From assembly GCA_051294375.1 (NCBI GenBank), contig CM119267.1:24687783-24751782 (forward strand): 64,000 bases of DNA. The letters run 5' to 3'. The stretch comes from Paraspadella gotoi. Its lineage: Eukaryota; Animalia; Chaetognatha. Position 1 is the stretch's first letter, and each line of letters starts with the position of its first letter. The notes under the pieces are model-generated. The model did no database searches. It was not told the origin of the DNA and saw only the letters and a list, made by a program, of their open reading frames with translations. Shown one piece after another: positions 46,915 to 61,447 of this stretch. A program made the translations under genes and the position numbers.

Positions 46915-49900
46915 AAAACGGCAGCTTGTTAAGAAGTGTAGGGAGAGGAAAAGAGGGGAGAAAGAAAAACCGCAAACTATGAAAGAACACCGCGAAAGAC
47001 TAATTTTCGTACGGAAAAAAATTCAGCCCTCTATATCGTTCTGCTTCTTCCTTTCACTTGTCTTTATTTATTTTGCTTTTTTACTCTTACTTCATCTTAT
47101 TTTTCTCTCTTTTTGTCCTCTCGTACCAAGTTATTCTATCGAAATAATCCACATTCGTTATTACAAAGAACCAAATCATCGACACAAACTAAATCTTTTT
47201 CACGACGTCAACTTGGATGCGCGCAAAATCGACTTCGGACGTCCAAACGAAGAGATTGACGATTAAACACGTGTTCGCTTCGCGTATGATATGCGTCAAA
47301 GTGGATCACTCAACTGATGACGACGAAAACTCTATACTTATTGCATTAATATGCTAACGATCGGCTCGACTGTGTCTCTCTCTCTCGTACGCATGATAGC
47401 ACCAAAGGAACCAGCACAATTTACCAATATGACCAGTTGGATAGGAAGAACCCCATTTATTACCGACACCAACACATAACAAGACACGCGTATCTGTGCT
47501 CTGGGTGTCATGCTGAACCGTCATTCTGCTCTCTCTCTCTCTCCTCTCTCCATCTCATCATCTCTCTACTCCTCATTCTCTCCCTCCTCCTACTCTCTCT
47601 CTACTCTCTACTTCTCTCCCTAAAAGGACAAGGCACGTCTAACAATGTTCTTTGGACTATTTAGTACTCTTTAAAAATCACTGAACATAAATCAAGCGAA
47701 GATTCTGTCCTGTTCTCATTAACGTCGACTACAGCAGAAAAAAGAAAAAAATTAGCTGCAAACCGTCGGTCCGATCGACACGCAAGCTCATATCTGGAGA
47801 AAAGAGCTAATGAATTACGCATAGATTAATTACAACTGTAGATTCAATTCGATGATATAGATATAATTTACAATGAATCAGCAATTAAATTACACTTACG
47901 ACACTTAAACTCCGATGAAAGGACACACATATGGAAATATAACAAATCGACGAAAAAATAACCAATGAAAGGCCAAATTAGTATTAACCGCTTCAATAAT
48001 AAAAAAACTGTTTTTGTCTATATTACTAGATACAAAGCACGAAAACAGGACAATAAATGCGATTCATGACACATAAGAGACTTAATCCTACAAGATCTTA
48101 TTACGATACTCGAACTCACAGAGTCTACATGACACACTGATATGATCGCCCCTATACAAGAGTACCAAATCTTTCACAAAGTCACCACAACTCTCTTCTC
48201 ACTCACTCACCTACCCAAGCCCTGCAAGGCAACCTCGAAGACACTATCACACAAGTTACTCAAACCCGACAAGTTCGTCAGGCCAAACGTCGACCAATCG
48301 CTCAGCTTCCGTCGTCGTCACTAGCTCGTCGTACGTAGCATTAAGTCGATTAATTCCGTTTACAAGATTGTTTACACATTTATCCACCTGCACATCTCAA
48401 TCATACCATCATAAAAAACAAATAATAATCAAACATCAACTCCAATACCAACAAACCACAAAATACAATCAATACAAATCATCACAATCAAGCTTCAATT
48501 CACATCATATCATCACTCCATCGAATACATCATCAACTAATCAATCAAATCATCAATAATCATCATAATCACTCATCATACTATCCATTCAGCATAACTC
48601 GACTCTTTCTCATCACTATTACGCGTCAACGCTCACCAACTCCATCCACTCTCTTCCCTTTCTCTGCTCATCTTTCAACTACCAGTGCGTGCGACCAAGT
48701 AAACCCCGCTCATCCGCTCCTCGTATTCACCAACACAATGTTGATATCCATTATACAACGACTCCTTTTCGCGTCATCGCTCGTCGATCGTCGTCGCCTC
48801 AACTTCATACAATGTCACAGCTCTTCGTGCCGCACGCCACCCAATACGACACACCTGCCTCCCCAAGAACCGACTCGCAGCCGCCTTCCTACACCGCCTA
48901 TCCGCCGCCAAACCTCACCGTCATCTGCTGTGCCGCTCCTATCCATCCGCCCCGCAGAGTCGCTCAGACCTGCCGCAACGCCAGGCCGCAGCCGCGCTTT
49001 CGTCTCCGAGTCCTTTCTTATAAAAATTTAAATATTTAAAATCGTCCACAACGTCATCGAACTTTTTTCTCTTCTCATCCAAAATAAACCTTCTTTACTC
49101 TTTATCACATTTTCTTCCTTTCTGCTTTTTTCATCCTACTCAATTTACAACATTTCTTTTATATAATTGCTATATCTCAATTCGCCTTTTAGTTGAAGTC
49201 CCAGTACGCTAACTTCACAACTTACACATTGGGGAAAAGAATTCATTTTTTTAATATTATATAGTAATCATAGTATATATTAAAGCGCCATGTACGATTG
49301 GTCCTTTAAAACACACATGCTTGACATACTAACTGTAACAGGAACAGAAATTACTGTCATTAAATTACGACCTCGCGCACAAATATACCGATCAGATGAC
49401 TATTCATGAGCGGGAGACAACCGATATTTACTAACGAATATATTTGGAGAGAATATTTAGTAACGATCTCAATTGTGTCTAGGAAAACAAATTCTAATCG
49501 ATGCTCCCCTATAATTAAATATTATAAACTGACCATCTAAAAATCCAATTTAGGAGAAATTATCGTTCCATTGCTTGCGCTTTTGGGGGTCGTTTATTGT
49601 TTATGGATGGTGGCGGACTATTTAAAATAGTTACTGTCAATAGAACACCTCGTTTGTAAACAATTTACTGATTAATGTCATTTAGGACCATTTTGGATGC
49701 CAAAAATTTCCGATGACAATTTCTCTCGTCGTCGTCATCATCGTCATAGTCTTGCTGTCATCGTCATCATCTTAGTCTTCGTCGTCGTCTTCGTGGGTTC
49801 AGTCTCGTCTTATAGAGTCGCTCATCGTTCGTCTTCTTTTCATCGTCCGTCGTACCTTGTCATCGTCGTAGTCGCATCTTCTTTGCGCCTTCATCGTCGT

Positions 49901-51047
49901 CGTCGTCGTCGTCGTCGTCGTCTTCGTTCTCGTTCGTCGTCGGTGTCGTCGTCAAATCGTCTATATCCTTCCCTCTCGTACATTTAGCTCCCAGAATCTT
50001 AACCTCGGTGCAAAAAAATATCCCCAGACTTTACCTTGGAAAATCTTTTCCCGCTGCGAAGCTGTCTGGAAAAAGATCCACGACGACGAGCGATTGTGAC
50101 GACCGACGATGACGAAGATGACGGACGGACGCTGACGTGCGACGACGCACCGATGACGACGACGGACGAAAATCGACGACGAACAACGACGTCAAACGAG
50201 GCGCATCAACTCTATTTGACGACGAAAACCTTGATTTTGACAATTGCGAAGGAAAATCAAATTTCTGTTCCTTTCTTCTTCTCTTTCTTTCTTTCTGCTT
50301 CTTTCTGTTCTCTTCTGTTCTTGTTCTGTTCTGTTCTTTTCTTTTCTTTTCTTTTCTTTTCTTCTTTTCTTTCCCTTTTCTGTTCTGTCTCTGTTCTGTT
50401 CTGTTCTGTTCCTGTCTGTTCTTTTCATTTTCTTTCTTTTCTTTTCTTTCTTTCTGTCTTTCTTTCTTTCTTTCCTTTTCTTTCTTCCTTCTTCCACCAT
50501 GACACCCCTCTTTTCTCAAAACACTATTTCAGTCTCCACGGACGTTTCTCGCTTTTCAGGTGCCTTTCGTCAGCGTCACCGCCGAACGACGACGTCGACG
50601 ACGCGACCGGAACAACTAAGACCACAGAATACTGGCACAACTCAAGAAAAACAGTCTGCTGACCCCCGCCGACGCATCGACGGGATTTCTCTTCTTTTTT
50701 TGAATTTTTTTTTCTCTCGGTTGCGACAGTGAAATATTATTACCGGGCTGAAAGTCGTCGTTGTTGTCATTGTTGTCGTCGTCCTTGTCGTCGTCACTGT
50801 CGTCGTCGTCGTCCTTGTCGTCGTCCCTTTTCCGATCGTCATTGATAACGTCGTTGTTGTTTCGTCATTGTCGTCAGTCGTCATAATCAAATTAAGAGAA
50901 AAGGAAAGAGTTTAAATTCTATGTAGAAATTTATATTTTAACAAATTAAATATAAATACGAATATCTTAAGAACTATTTAAAATAAAATATTTGACTTCA
51001 TCGCGAAAGACGAGTTTATTTCTCCCTTTATCTTTTTTTCTCTTTTT

Positions 51048-51335
51048 TTAGTTGCGCCGCGGAGAAACTCTATAAGTCACTTTTCGGTCAGTCGATCGGT
51101 CTGTCGGTCGGTCGGTATGTCTGCCCGTCAGTCTGTCCCACTAACATTAAAATGCATATAATTTGCCTGAGTTGGTTGCTCATTAGTTAAGACAGGAAAA
51201 ATCCTCAAATTGAAGAGACTACTAGCGCCGCCTTCAGGAAATTCTAAAACTATAAAGAATAAAAGACCCAAATTCCAATGCACGGTCTGAGAAAGTCACT
51301 GCGGCGCAACACATTGGATGAACCGATCTTGTTTT
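51048..51335 (+). mobile_element. Helentron/DINE-like element copy
   Basis: Colinear with 6195-6545. Confidence 0.7.
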
Positions 51336-52830
51336 ATCATCGTCGATAAGAAAATATAAAAGAAAAAGAGAAAAAGGAGAAAAAAAAGGAGAAAAAAAGG
51401 AGAAAAAAAAAGAATAGAAAAGTTTCGACGTCATTTGAGGCGAAGTCGTATCGGAATAAAACGGCCATTAGATCTTTTCATTTTTTTATTCTCTCTTTTT
51501 TTCTCCTTTTTTTTCTCTTCTCCTTTTTTCTTTTCTTTTTTTCTCTTTTTTTTCTCATCTTCTTCTTCTTCAACAAACCTCCTCCCCTTATTTCTCTTTC
51601 ACTCTCTTTCATTTCCTTTTAATCCCTCTTTCACCCTCTTCCCTTTCATTTCCTTTTAATCCCTCTTTCCCACGAACGAACTCAAATTTTTCGCTCTTTC
51701 TAATTCTTCTCGTTTACTTTTCTCTTCAGATTATTTTCTTTCTTTTCTTGGCAACTTTTTATCCTCCTTTTTTTCTTCTACTTTTCTTATTTTTATCCTT
51801 TTATTTTTTTTTTAGTCTTCTTTTCTTTTTTTCTTCTCTTACGAAACTTCTCTTTGTAGTCTGCTATCAAATCTGCCCTTGTCAACAAAAACTCTTTTCT
51901 CTTTTCTTTTATTTTATTTTANNNNNNNNNNNNNNNNNNNNNNNNNCGAAGAGACTTACAGCGCTCCCCCCGCCTCAGAAATTCCTATCTTAAAAACATA
52001 CATAAGAAATAAAAGACCCCAAATTCCCAAATTGCACGGCTGAGGAAAGAAACGTTCACTGCGGCCCCCCCGCCCCCCGCCCGCAAAAAACACATTTGGA
52101 CATGAACCGATCTTTTGTTTTATCATCGTCCCGATAAGAAAATATAAAAGAAAAAGAGAAAAAAGGACAAGAGAGAAAAAAAAAAGGAGCAAAAAAAAAA
52201 GCCGAGGAAAAAAAAAAGAAACTTAGAAAAGTTATTCCGAACGTTTCATTTGAGCGCCGGGAAGGGTCGTATCGGAAATAAAACCGCATGCCGAGGCCTA
52301 ATTAGATTCTTTTCATTTTTTATTTCTTACTCTTTTTTTTTTCTCACTTTTCTTTTTCCCTTTCTCCTTTTTTTTCTTTTCTTTTTTTCTCTTTTTTTTT
52401 TTTTCTTCAATCTTCTTCTTCTTCAACAAGACCTTCCTCCCCCTCTATTTTCTTTCACTCTTCTTTCCAATTTCCTTTTTTAATCCCCTCTTTACACACC
52501 CTCTTTCCCTTCTTCAATTTTCCTTTTTAATCCCTCTTTTCCACGAACGGAAACCTCAGAAAATTTTTCGCTCTTTTTTCCTAATTTTTCTTTCTCTGTT
52601 TACTTCTCTATTCAGAATTTATTTTTCTTTCTTTCTTAGGCCAACTTTTTATCCTCTCCTTTTTTTTCTTCTACTTTTTTACTTATTTTTATCCTTTTAT
52701 TTTTTTTTTTAGTCTTCTTTTCTTTTTTTTTTCTTCTCTTAACGGAAACTTCTTTTTGCTTAATAGTCTGCCTATTCAAAATCTGCCCCGTTGTCAACAA
52801 AAACTCTTTTCTCTTTCGTTTATTATTTTA
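51220..52830. repeat. Tandem duplicate across a 25-N gap (51220-51921 repeated noisily at 51947-52830)
   Basis: Same sequence with many inserted bases. Confidence 0.85.
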
Positions 52831-52834
52831 TTTT

Positions 52835-52866
<32 letters not shown>

Positions 52867-53196
52867 CTTTTCTTTTCTTTTTCTATTTCTTTTCATTTTC
52901 TTTTTCTTTTCTTTTTTCTTTTCTTTTTCTTTTCTTTCTTTTCTTTCTTTTCTTTTCTTTTCTGTTTTATTTCTTTTTCTTCTTTTCTTTTCTTTTCTTT
53001 TCTTTTCTTTTCTTTTCCTTTCGTTTCTTTTAGAACATTTCTTCCAGTAATTTTCTCCCTCTTTGTTTCTCTTTCCCCTTCTCTCTCTCTCCCTCTCTCT
53101 CTCTCCCTCTTTCTCTCGTTTCCCAAGATTCTTAATCTCTTTTATTTCTGTTCGCTGATCTCAGTTTTTCTCTTTTTAAGCATCAAGAGTCTGCCC

Positions 53197-53297
<101 letters not shown>

Positions 53298-53478
53298 ACC
53301 CCTTCTTTCTATCACTCGCTCTCAATCTCGCCATCATCCCCCGGTGTGAGAAAATCACATTCAACCCGGATATGTCTTTTCTTTTTGCGATTCGCGTTCG
53401 CAGTTTTTTCTTGTCTTCAGATTTTAGTTTCTCTTTTATTTCTTTATTTCTCCTTTATCTTCTTTTTTCTTTATTGCC

Positions 53479-53524
<46 letters not shown>

Positions 53525-53641
53525 GCGTTGCGAAGCTCAATATCCCGTAGTATTCATTTTTGCAAATTTTTAAACTTCTGACATCTTCATTTGATAGTTT
53601 TTGTAAAAAGATAATTTAATTTCAACTTTTTTATATAATTT

Positions 53642-53745
53642 GAGCCGCCTCAGCCGCAGGCTCAGCCGCCGCTTCAGCCGCAGCCTCTGCCGCCGGCTCA
53701 GCCGCCACCTCAGCCGCCGCGGCAACCGCCGCCTCAGCCGCCTCT
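53642..53745. repeat. GC-rich tandem repeat (gccgcctca-like)
   Basis: Direct inspection. Confidence 0.8.
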
Positions 53746-54092
53746 TGGACATTTCTGAGAAATTTGTCCGGACGCTGCAACGTTAATCGTGAAGAGAACC
53801 GAACGTGTGTCCGTCTGTCTGTCGTTTTATATTTCAGTAATTTTCTTTTTTTTATGTATTTATTCATTTATTCGTTTTGTCTTTGGTTGAATTCATGACA
53901 ACAAGCGCTTTTGTTTTCTCTCTTTCTCTCTCTCCCTATCTCTCTCTCTCTTTCACTCTCTCTATCTCTATCTCTCTCTCTTTCTGTGTGTCTCTTTATC
54001 TCTTTTTCTTTTTATTTTTTCTTTTCTTTTTTCCATTTCTGCATAATCCAAAAAAACGAAAAAAATCTCAACAAGATAAAAAGAAAAACATG

Positions 54093-54158
<66 letters not shown>

Positions 54159-54472
54159 CAAAACCGATAGTTCGGTGGGATAGAGAGTGAGATAAAAAAA
54201 CGGAATAAAGGAAGAAAGATTAGGAGGCGAAGAATCGGAAAAAGATGATAAAAGAAAGATGAGGGGAAAAAAGAAAGAAAGAAAAAGAGAAAGAAAAAGA
54301 GAAAGAAAAAAATGAAAGAAAGAAAGAAAGAGAGAAAGAAAAAAGGAAATAAAGAAAGAAAGATAGAAATAAAGAAATAAAGAAAAAAGGAAAGAAAGAA
54401 GGAAAGATAGAGAGAAAGAGAAAAAGAGAAATATAGGAAATGAAAGAAAGAATTAAAGAAGGAAAAAAATAT

Positions 54473-54503
<31 letters not shown>

Positions 54504-54971
54504 ATAAAGAAAAAAATACAAAGATTAAAAAATTTGAATTTTGCGTTCAAGCATTAATTTTTTAGTTTTGTGTGATATGATTGTCACAAAGTGACATGAA
54601 CCAAAGAATTATTAGTTATTAAAAGGAAACTAAGAAAAATAAACTTCAAAACTGTAAAATTTCACGAGAAATGAAAAAAAAAATTAAAACGTAAAAAAAA
54701 TAGAAAAACTGGAAAATTCTTGATTTTTTTCTTCTATTTCATCCCTCAGAGTAGAAAAGTCCTTGAAGCTAAAAAAACACGAGCAGAGAGACGACACGGG
54801 ATCGACGGGGAAGAGAGAGAGAGAGAGACGAGAGAGAGAGACGATGAGAAGACGAGAGAGAGAGAGAAGAAGAGAGAGAGAGAGAGAAAAGGCTCTCCTA
54901 CTTTTTCCTGTCAAAGTTATTAAGTTCATGGTCCCTTTTGACTCTTGGTCGCCTTGTCGAGACTCACTTCT

Positions 54972-55050
<79 letters not shown>

Positions 55051-55124
55051 AAAACCCAGCGTCTCTTATGACGTTGAACTAATCAACTCATCAGTTTCCT
55101 TCTCTCCGCTTAGACTCGTTAAGA

Positions 55125-55609
55125 GGTCGTTGTTCGTCGTCGCTGTCGTCGTCGTCGTCGCTGTCGTCGTCGCGTCGTCGTCGTCCGTCGTGTCGTCGTG
55201 CGTCGTCGTCGTCGCTGTCGTCGTCGTCGTCGCTGTCGTCGTCGTCGTCACTGTCGTTGTCGTCGTCGCTGTCGTCGTCGTCGTCGTTGTTCGTCGTCGC
55301 TGTCGTCGTCGTTCGTCGTTGTTCGTCGTCGCTGTCGTCGTCGTCGTCGTTTGTCGTACGTCGCTGTCGTCGTCGTCGTAGTCGCTGTCGTATGTCCGTC
55401 CGTCACTGTCGTCGTTCGTCGCTTTGTCGTTCGTCGTCGTCGTTGTCGCGGTCGCTGTCGTCGTCGTCAATGTCGTCGCTTCGCTGTCGTCGTCGTTGTC
55501 GTCGTCGCTGTCTGTCGTCGTCCACTGTCGTCGTCGCTGTCTGTGTCGTCTCCGTTCGTTGTCGTCGCTCGCTTGCTCGTTTCGTCGTCGTCGCTTCGTC
55601 GTCGTGTGT

Positions 55610-55640
<31 letters not shown>

Positions 55641-55700
55641 TGTCGTTGTCCGTCGCTCGCTGTGTCGTCGTCGTCGCTGTCGTCGTCGTCGTCGCCATCG
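55125..55700. repeat. Degenerate (GTC)n tract
   Basis: Direct inspection; explains the overlapping T/D/R/V/S ORFs. Confidence 0.9.
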
Positions 55701-55798
55701 TCATTCTCTATCTTCACCGCAACAGACGATTGTAAATTTAACTATAAAAGTATAAAACTATAAAACAAGATAATAAATAAATAAATAAATAAATATAA

Positions 55799-56135
55799 TC
55801 CAATGTGTTGCGCCGCCAGTGACTTTCTTTTCACGTCTATTTCCCTGTGATCACATTTACTTTACCCGCAATTACTTTGTGATCACGTGAGCGTAGTCTT
55901 GCGTGGTCCATTGCACTGCATTGGAATTCCATCTTTTATTCTTTATAGTTTTAGAAATTCCTGAAGGCGGTGCTAGGAGTCATTTAGATTTGAGGTTTTT
56001 TCCTGTCTTAACAAATGAGCAACCAACTATAGGCGAGTTCTGAGCATTTTTAACGTTAGTGGGACAGACCAACGGACAGACATTCCGACCGACCGACCGA
56101 CCGAAAAGTGACTTATAGAGTTGCTCCGCGAGTAC
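55799..56135 (-). mobile_element. Helentron/DINE-like element copy, reverse orientation
   Basis: Reverse complement of the 6195 and 51048 copies. Confidence 0.7.
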
Positions 56136-56239
56136 TTGAACCGATTCAAAATGAGCCGACCTCAAAATTCGCTAGTATATTTCTATTGTATCTATTGTAT
56201 GATACTTTAAAATTAGGTATTATGGTATAGCCTGATTAA

Positions 56240-56682
56240 GTGATTGTGGTTTGTCGTTTTTTTAATTTTTTATCCCACTACATCATTTTAATTCGTTTAA
56301 CTTTCTTTTAACATTTCTTTAACATTTTCTTTTTTAACCGACGTCGTTGTCGTCGTCGTCGTCGCCGTCGTCTCACTTTTTCTAGTCGATTCCATCGTTC
56401 ACGATCTCGCCCCTCTAATAAGGCGTAGTAAAAATTATAAATTAAACTTTAANNNNNNNNNNNNNNNNNNNNNNNNNTGATTGTGGTTTGTCGTTTTTTT
56501 TAATTTTTATCCACTAGCATCATTTTATTCGTTTAACTTTCTTTTAACATTCTTTAACATTTTCTTTTTTAACCACGTCGTTGCGTCGTCGTCGTCGCCG
56601 TCGTCTCACTTTTTCTAGTCGATTCCATCGTTCACGATCTCGCCCTCTAATAAGGCGTAGTAAAAATTATAAATTAAACTTT
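56240..56682. repeat. About 210-bp tandem duplicate across a 25-N gap
   Basis: 56240-56452 recurs at 56478-56682. Confidence 0.9.
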
Positions 56683-56767
56683 AATTAAAATTTTAAAAGT
56701 GAGGAACGAACACATTATACTAGATGAACATTTATGTAAAAAAAATTTATAATAAATTTTACAATTA

Positions 56768-57144
56768 CGCAGTAGGCCATATTTATACTAGTACTAATCA
56801 ATAAATGTTAAAATTTCAAATTAGTTTTTTGTAAGATTTTTTTGCAGATTTGGATTCGGCATGAAAAGTTGATATAAAGAAAATATAACTCTTTTTTTAA
56901 AAATCTTTCATTAAGTGATCAAAATATTAAAAAAAACTATATTTAAGCTAAAATTAAAAATTTATATATACATATAGTTTTTTTAATTTTAACCCACTTA
57001 TGAGAGAATTTTTTAAAAATGATTTTATATTTTCTTTTTATCAACTTTTGACAAGGAATTCAAATCTGTAATTAAAATTGTATTATACGTATAGTATAAG
57101 GATAGTATAAGGATAGTTACTATATATAAATATAGCCTACTGCG
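56768..57144. mobile_element. MITE with TIRs
   Basis: cgcagtaggccatattta ... taaatatagcctactgcg plus subterminal inverted similarity. Confidence 0.7.
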
Positions 57145-58517
57145 AAAATTGAAGAACATAAAATTTTTTTTTTTACAAATTAATGTTCACTGATGGTATG
57201 TGTTGTTCATTAATTGACATTTAGAATTTTCGTATTTAACTTTCACTACGCTCTACCCTCTACTTCATCCCTTAACGTTCCTTGGTCTTCGATTTCATCC
57301 CTAATGTTCCCGATCCCCATTTTTTCGCTATTTTTACGCTCGACTTTTGACGGGCGAGGATTTGATTTCTTTCTAAAGGTGCTCTGTCTCTCTCTGTCTC
57401 TGTCTCTCTCATTCTCTTCCCCTTTTCTCCATCACCTTTCCTTTGATCTTTCCTCCTCCTCCTCCTCCTCCTCCTTCTCCTCTTCCCCATCAAATGGAGA
57501 GAAAAAGAAAAATCGAAACTTTACGTCAGGATTTCAAATCTTCTTCCATTAATTTTCCCCCCCAAAAAAACCAGGCCCTCTTTTCCAAAAGAGCCCAAAT
57601 TCTGTTCTTTAATCTCTAAACTTAATTTTAATTATAATATTCCTAACCCTAACCTTTATTTAACTTATTCTTTAAACCTAAAAGCAAGCTTTATACTCCA
57701 TTTAAGATGAAATGGGGCGTTCTGGGAAAAGAAGGCCAATTTTTCTTTTCCTTTTTTTTTCTTTTTTTCCCTGAAATTCTTTCTTTTTAAGAAAAAGGGT
57801 CATTCAAATGCACTTCAAAATAGGTCAAAATTGAGTACAGGTGCTAAAAGCTGAGCTCCTGGCGATTCCGAAAATATATTCACTTTAAACATTTGATGTA
57901 TTCTACGCCATTTTATGTCGGTTTTAATTATAATATAAAATAAAAGAAACCTATCTGAACAGTTGCAGGTCAAACGAAAAAGCCAATACATCTGATATTT
58001 TTAATGTATTTTTTATTAGTGAATTCGAAAAATGTAATACTAATAGAGAGTCATTTTTAAATTTCAACTTGTATCCTTGAAAATGAAACATTTTTAAACT
58101 TTAACCCTAAATTCTTCCTAACTGGAACGCGTTTATCAAAATGACTCTCTATTACATTTTTACAAATGTTTTTAAATCTTACCTAGAATTTTTTGACAAC
58201 CAGATTGAAAAACAAATCTTTAAAAAATGTGCTTACCGATTTAACTTAACAATTTTGTTATTTACCGATTTTAAAAAAATGATTTAAAACAGAATGTTTA
58301 CATATAAATAAAAAAATATTTTTTTGTGATTACTGATGACTATAATGTATTTCTCGATGTATTAGGTCTAATACATCACGAATTGTTATGGTGAATGACC
58401 CTTCCTCTTAACACTTGTGTCTTTTCTGTAATTGCTTTCTTTCACCTTCATCCATAAGCATAACAAAAAAGAGAATGAGATCGTAAATCCCGAACGCTGA
58501 TAAGCCGAGGCTCCTTT

Positions 58518-58665
58518 TCTTCGACCAATCAGGAACCAGAAATTCTACCCACATGACGTCGATTGGTCGCGGTTCCGCCGATTCGACCAATCAGAAAAGC
58601 AGAAATTTTATCCAATTGACGTTGATTGGTCGAAATTCAGCCTATTCGACCAATCAGGAAGCTGG
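58518..58665. repeat. About 62-bp tandem units with inverted CCAAT motifs
   Basis: ttcgaccaatcag three times alternating with gattggtcg twice. Confidence 0.8.
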
Positions 58666-58756
58666 AATACAACCTTTGCTCGACGTCTTTCGTCTTGACC
58701 CTCACGTGCGCTCGACAGACTTCGTTACAAAATCGCGAGTATCGATATTTTTACAT

Positions 58757-58787
<31 letters not shown>

Positions 58788-59049
58788 TCTTTCTCAACTC
58801 TTTATTATGCTCTATTTTCTTTTCTTTTCTTTTCTTTTCTTTTCTTTTCTTTTCTTTTCTTTTCTTTTCTTTTCTTTTCTTTTCTTTTCTTTTCTTTTCT
58901 TTTCTCTTCTTTTCTTTTCTCTTCTTTTCTTTTCTTTTCTTTTCTCTTCTCTTCTTTCAATGTTTTTCCTTACCTATTCAATCTTCATCAAAGTCCGTTA
59001 CATTATTCTCTTTTGCTCTGAGACTCAAATTTTCCTTTTCACCATCCAG

Positions 59050-59220
59050 TCCGACTCTCTCCCTACTTGACTCCCTCCAGTCTCACTCCTACCTTCACAC
59101 CCTCCGGCAACGAAATAATCACGAAGCCTCACGCTGTGAGGTTCTGACCGCCACCTTTAACGCCGCCGCGGCCACAGCAGCCGCTGCTGCCGCCGCCACC
59201 GACTCGGCGCGAAAAAAAAG
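59050..59220 (+). CDS. Orphan exon candidate with poly-Ala
   Basis: catccag acceptor and aag|gtgaga donor; ...EVLTATFNAAAATAAAAAAATDSARKK; phase-compatible with a candidate exon starting at 63818. Confidence 0.3.
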
Positions 59221-59266
59221 GTGAGAGGGTGAGTAATCACCTAAGAAGTCCCTTTTGGCGAAAAGC

Positions 59267-59340
<74 letters not shown>

Positions 59341-59459
59341 TTTTATTGTGAATTTAATCGATTGATTTTTTTATGCTGTTTTTAGAAAAGTGTTACAATT
59401 TTTAGTCTATTTCGAGTATTTTAGGTACTATGGTGGACTAAAATCCACCAACCGTTCAT

Positions 59460-59620
59460 CAGCGGACATTGGTGCCGGAGGCAAGTCATTCGCCTCCCAA
59501 CCCAAAGGTTCGGGGTTCTAGCCCGGTGGCCGCCTAGCAGTTAAGAGTGACGGGGCGCTTAACCCGCCTGTAACACGGTGTTACACCCTGATCCGATGCT
59601 CAGGGACTGCTTATATTTAA
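59460..59620 (+). mobile_element. tRNA-derived SINE-like element
   Basis: A-box-like tggtgccggagg and B-box-like ggttctagccc at tRNA spacing, followed by a GC-rich body. Confidence 0.55.
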
Positions 59621-60288
59621 CAGTTCTGTCACTAACACATAACAATATTTACTTTCTCTTCAGTACTTTTAAAACTTTTTGACGCCTTTGTTTTTTGAAT
59701 TTTGAATTTTTTCAATAAAATTTTGATGATCGTTTACTTTACTTTTATTTTTTTTCTTTTATTTTTACGAGTTTTCTTTTGCAATCTCCTTTTTTAAATC
59801 CACCCTCCATTTTACCTATCTCTTCTTTTCTATTTTAAACCCGCCCTCCTACTTACCTATTTCTTTTACTTTTCTTTTTTATTTTTACCTCTCTTTTCTT
59901 CTTTTTTTCTTTTCTTTTTCAAATCCGCCCTCCTTTTTACCTATCTTTCATTTTATCCCTTTTACCTTTCTATTTTAATTTTCTTTTTCTCTTTTACTTA
60001 TCTTTTTTCTTTTTCTTCTGGGAAGCAGAAAATCAGTTTTTCACTTTCACGATTTTCGTGAAGTCGGAAGACGAAGCATGACGAAGCATGACTGCATCAT
60101 GCCCGAGGCATGGCCGCGGTATTCTCGCGCCTTGCTTTCACATACATTCCTTATCTAAAAACCTTCACCTATCTCCCCTACCTCTCTGACTTCACCTCTC
60201 TTTTCTCCAACCTCTCTCTCCCCCTTCCTCTCTTTAAGATCTCAGCCGTGACTCACGGTTCTCCTCGTAATGACCCCCCGGCGAATCG

Positions 60289-60325
<37 letters not shown>

Positions 60326-60764
60326 CAACGAAATGCGTTTCACCGTGAAAGTGATAAACATCGGGTCAAAAAACTCTCCACTTCTTTTTTTTTACGCTGT
60401 TTTTAATTCTGTTTTTTATTCTGCTTTATTTCTCTTGTTACTCACTTTTCTTTTTACTTTATAAAAATTTTGACAAAACGTGTTGTATACTTTTTTTAAC
60501 CAAAAATACACAAATTTTAAAAACACTTTTGCTTGGGTTGCCTCACTCTCTGACTGACTGACTGACTTTTCAAAATGTCGACGATCGAAGTCTCAAAACT
60601 TGTTTATTACAATCAAACGGGTGACGAGTTAAAAGCAGTTTACTTTGTTTGTAAACAAATAAAGATAAAACGTAAAAATGTGATTATAATATAAACAAAC
60701 GTTCTTAAAACCATTCGATGTCACATCCGAGGCAACTGAAAATTCTATAAATTTCAAATTCCAG

Positions 60765-60848
60765 CGTTCATTGAAAATAACTCAGATAGCACACGTTCAT
60801 TGAAAATAACTCAGATAGCAAACGTTCATTGAAAATAACTCAGATAGC
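60765..60848. repeat. 29-bp tandem repeat, 3 copies
   Basis: cgttcattgaaaataactcagatagc; no spacers. Confidence 0.9.
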
Positions 60849-61382
60849 CTCGGCGCCCCTTTTTCTTCTTCTTCAAATTGTTCGTCGACGCGACTCTCAA
60901 TCGCAAATTCGATATCAATTCCTCAGCCATCTCTCCCTGCGGCGACTCTCTCGTTGACTCTCTCTCTCTCTCCCTGCGGCGACTCTCTCGTTGAGCACCG
61001 CGAGCGACAATACAACTTTTTTCTATTTCAATTTTCACTGTTACGTAATCACGGCGGCAGTCACGACTCATGAGGTTTCAAATCGAATCCGTGATTCATT
61101 TTTTCCCGTGAAATTCACGTAAAAGAAAAAAAAAGAAATTCTGATTCTTTTATTACAATCGTAATCACAAATGTTAACTCGTGAATAAAAAAATGACAAT
61201 TTCATATTTTATTTCTTCAACCGCTTCACAATTCAAACCAGTTTTTGGTTCACAGTCAAAATCACACTGAATGTATGTGAACTGTAAAGCCGCCTTTCTG
61301 TGAGAAACGGAATTGCCTTTTGGAAATTCTGTTCGACCAGAAAGAAAAGGTCTTGTAAACGAATCTAATCATTTGCAAATCG

Positions 61383-61447
<65 letters not shown>

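Noticed and set aside
47310-47335. Hammerhead-like ctgatga...gaaa
   Set aside because: No flanking stems; lies in noisy GAC-rich sequence
55066-55763. Overlapping mucin-like and Arg-rich ORFs
   Set aside because: (GTC)n tract is open in most frames
60765-60848. CRISPR-sized 29-bp repeats
   Set aside because: Head-to-tail with no spacers, no cas genes, eukaryotic context
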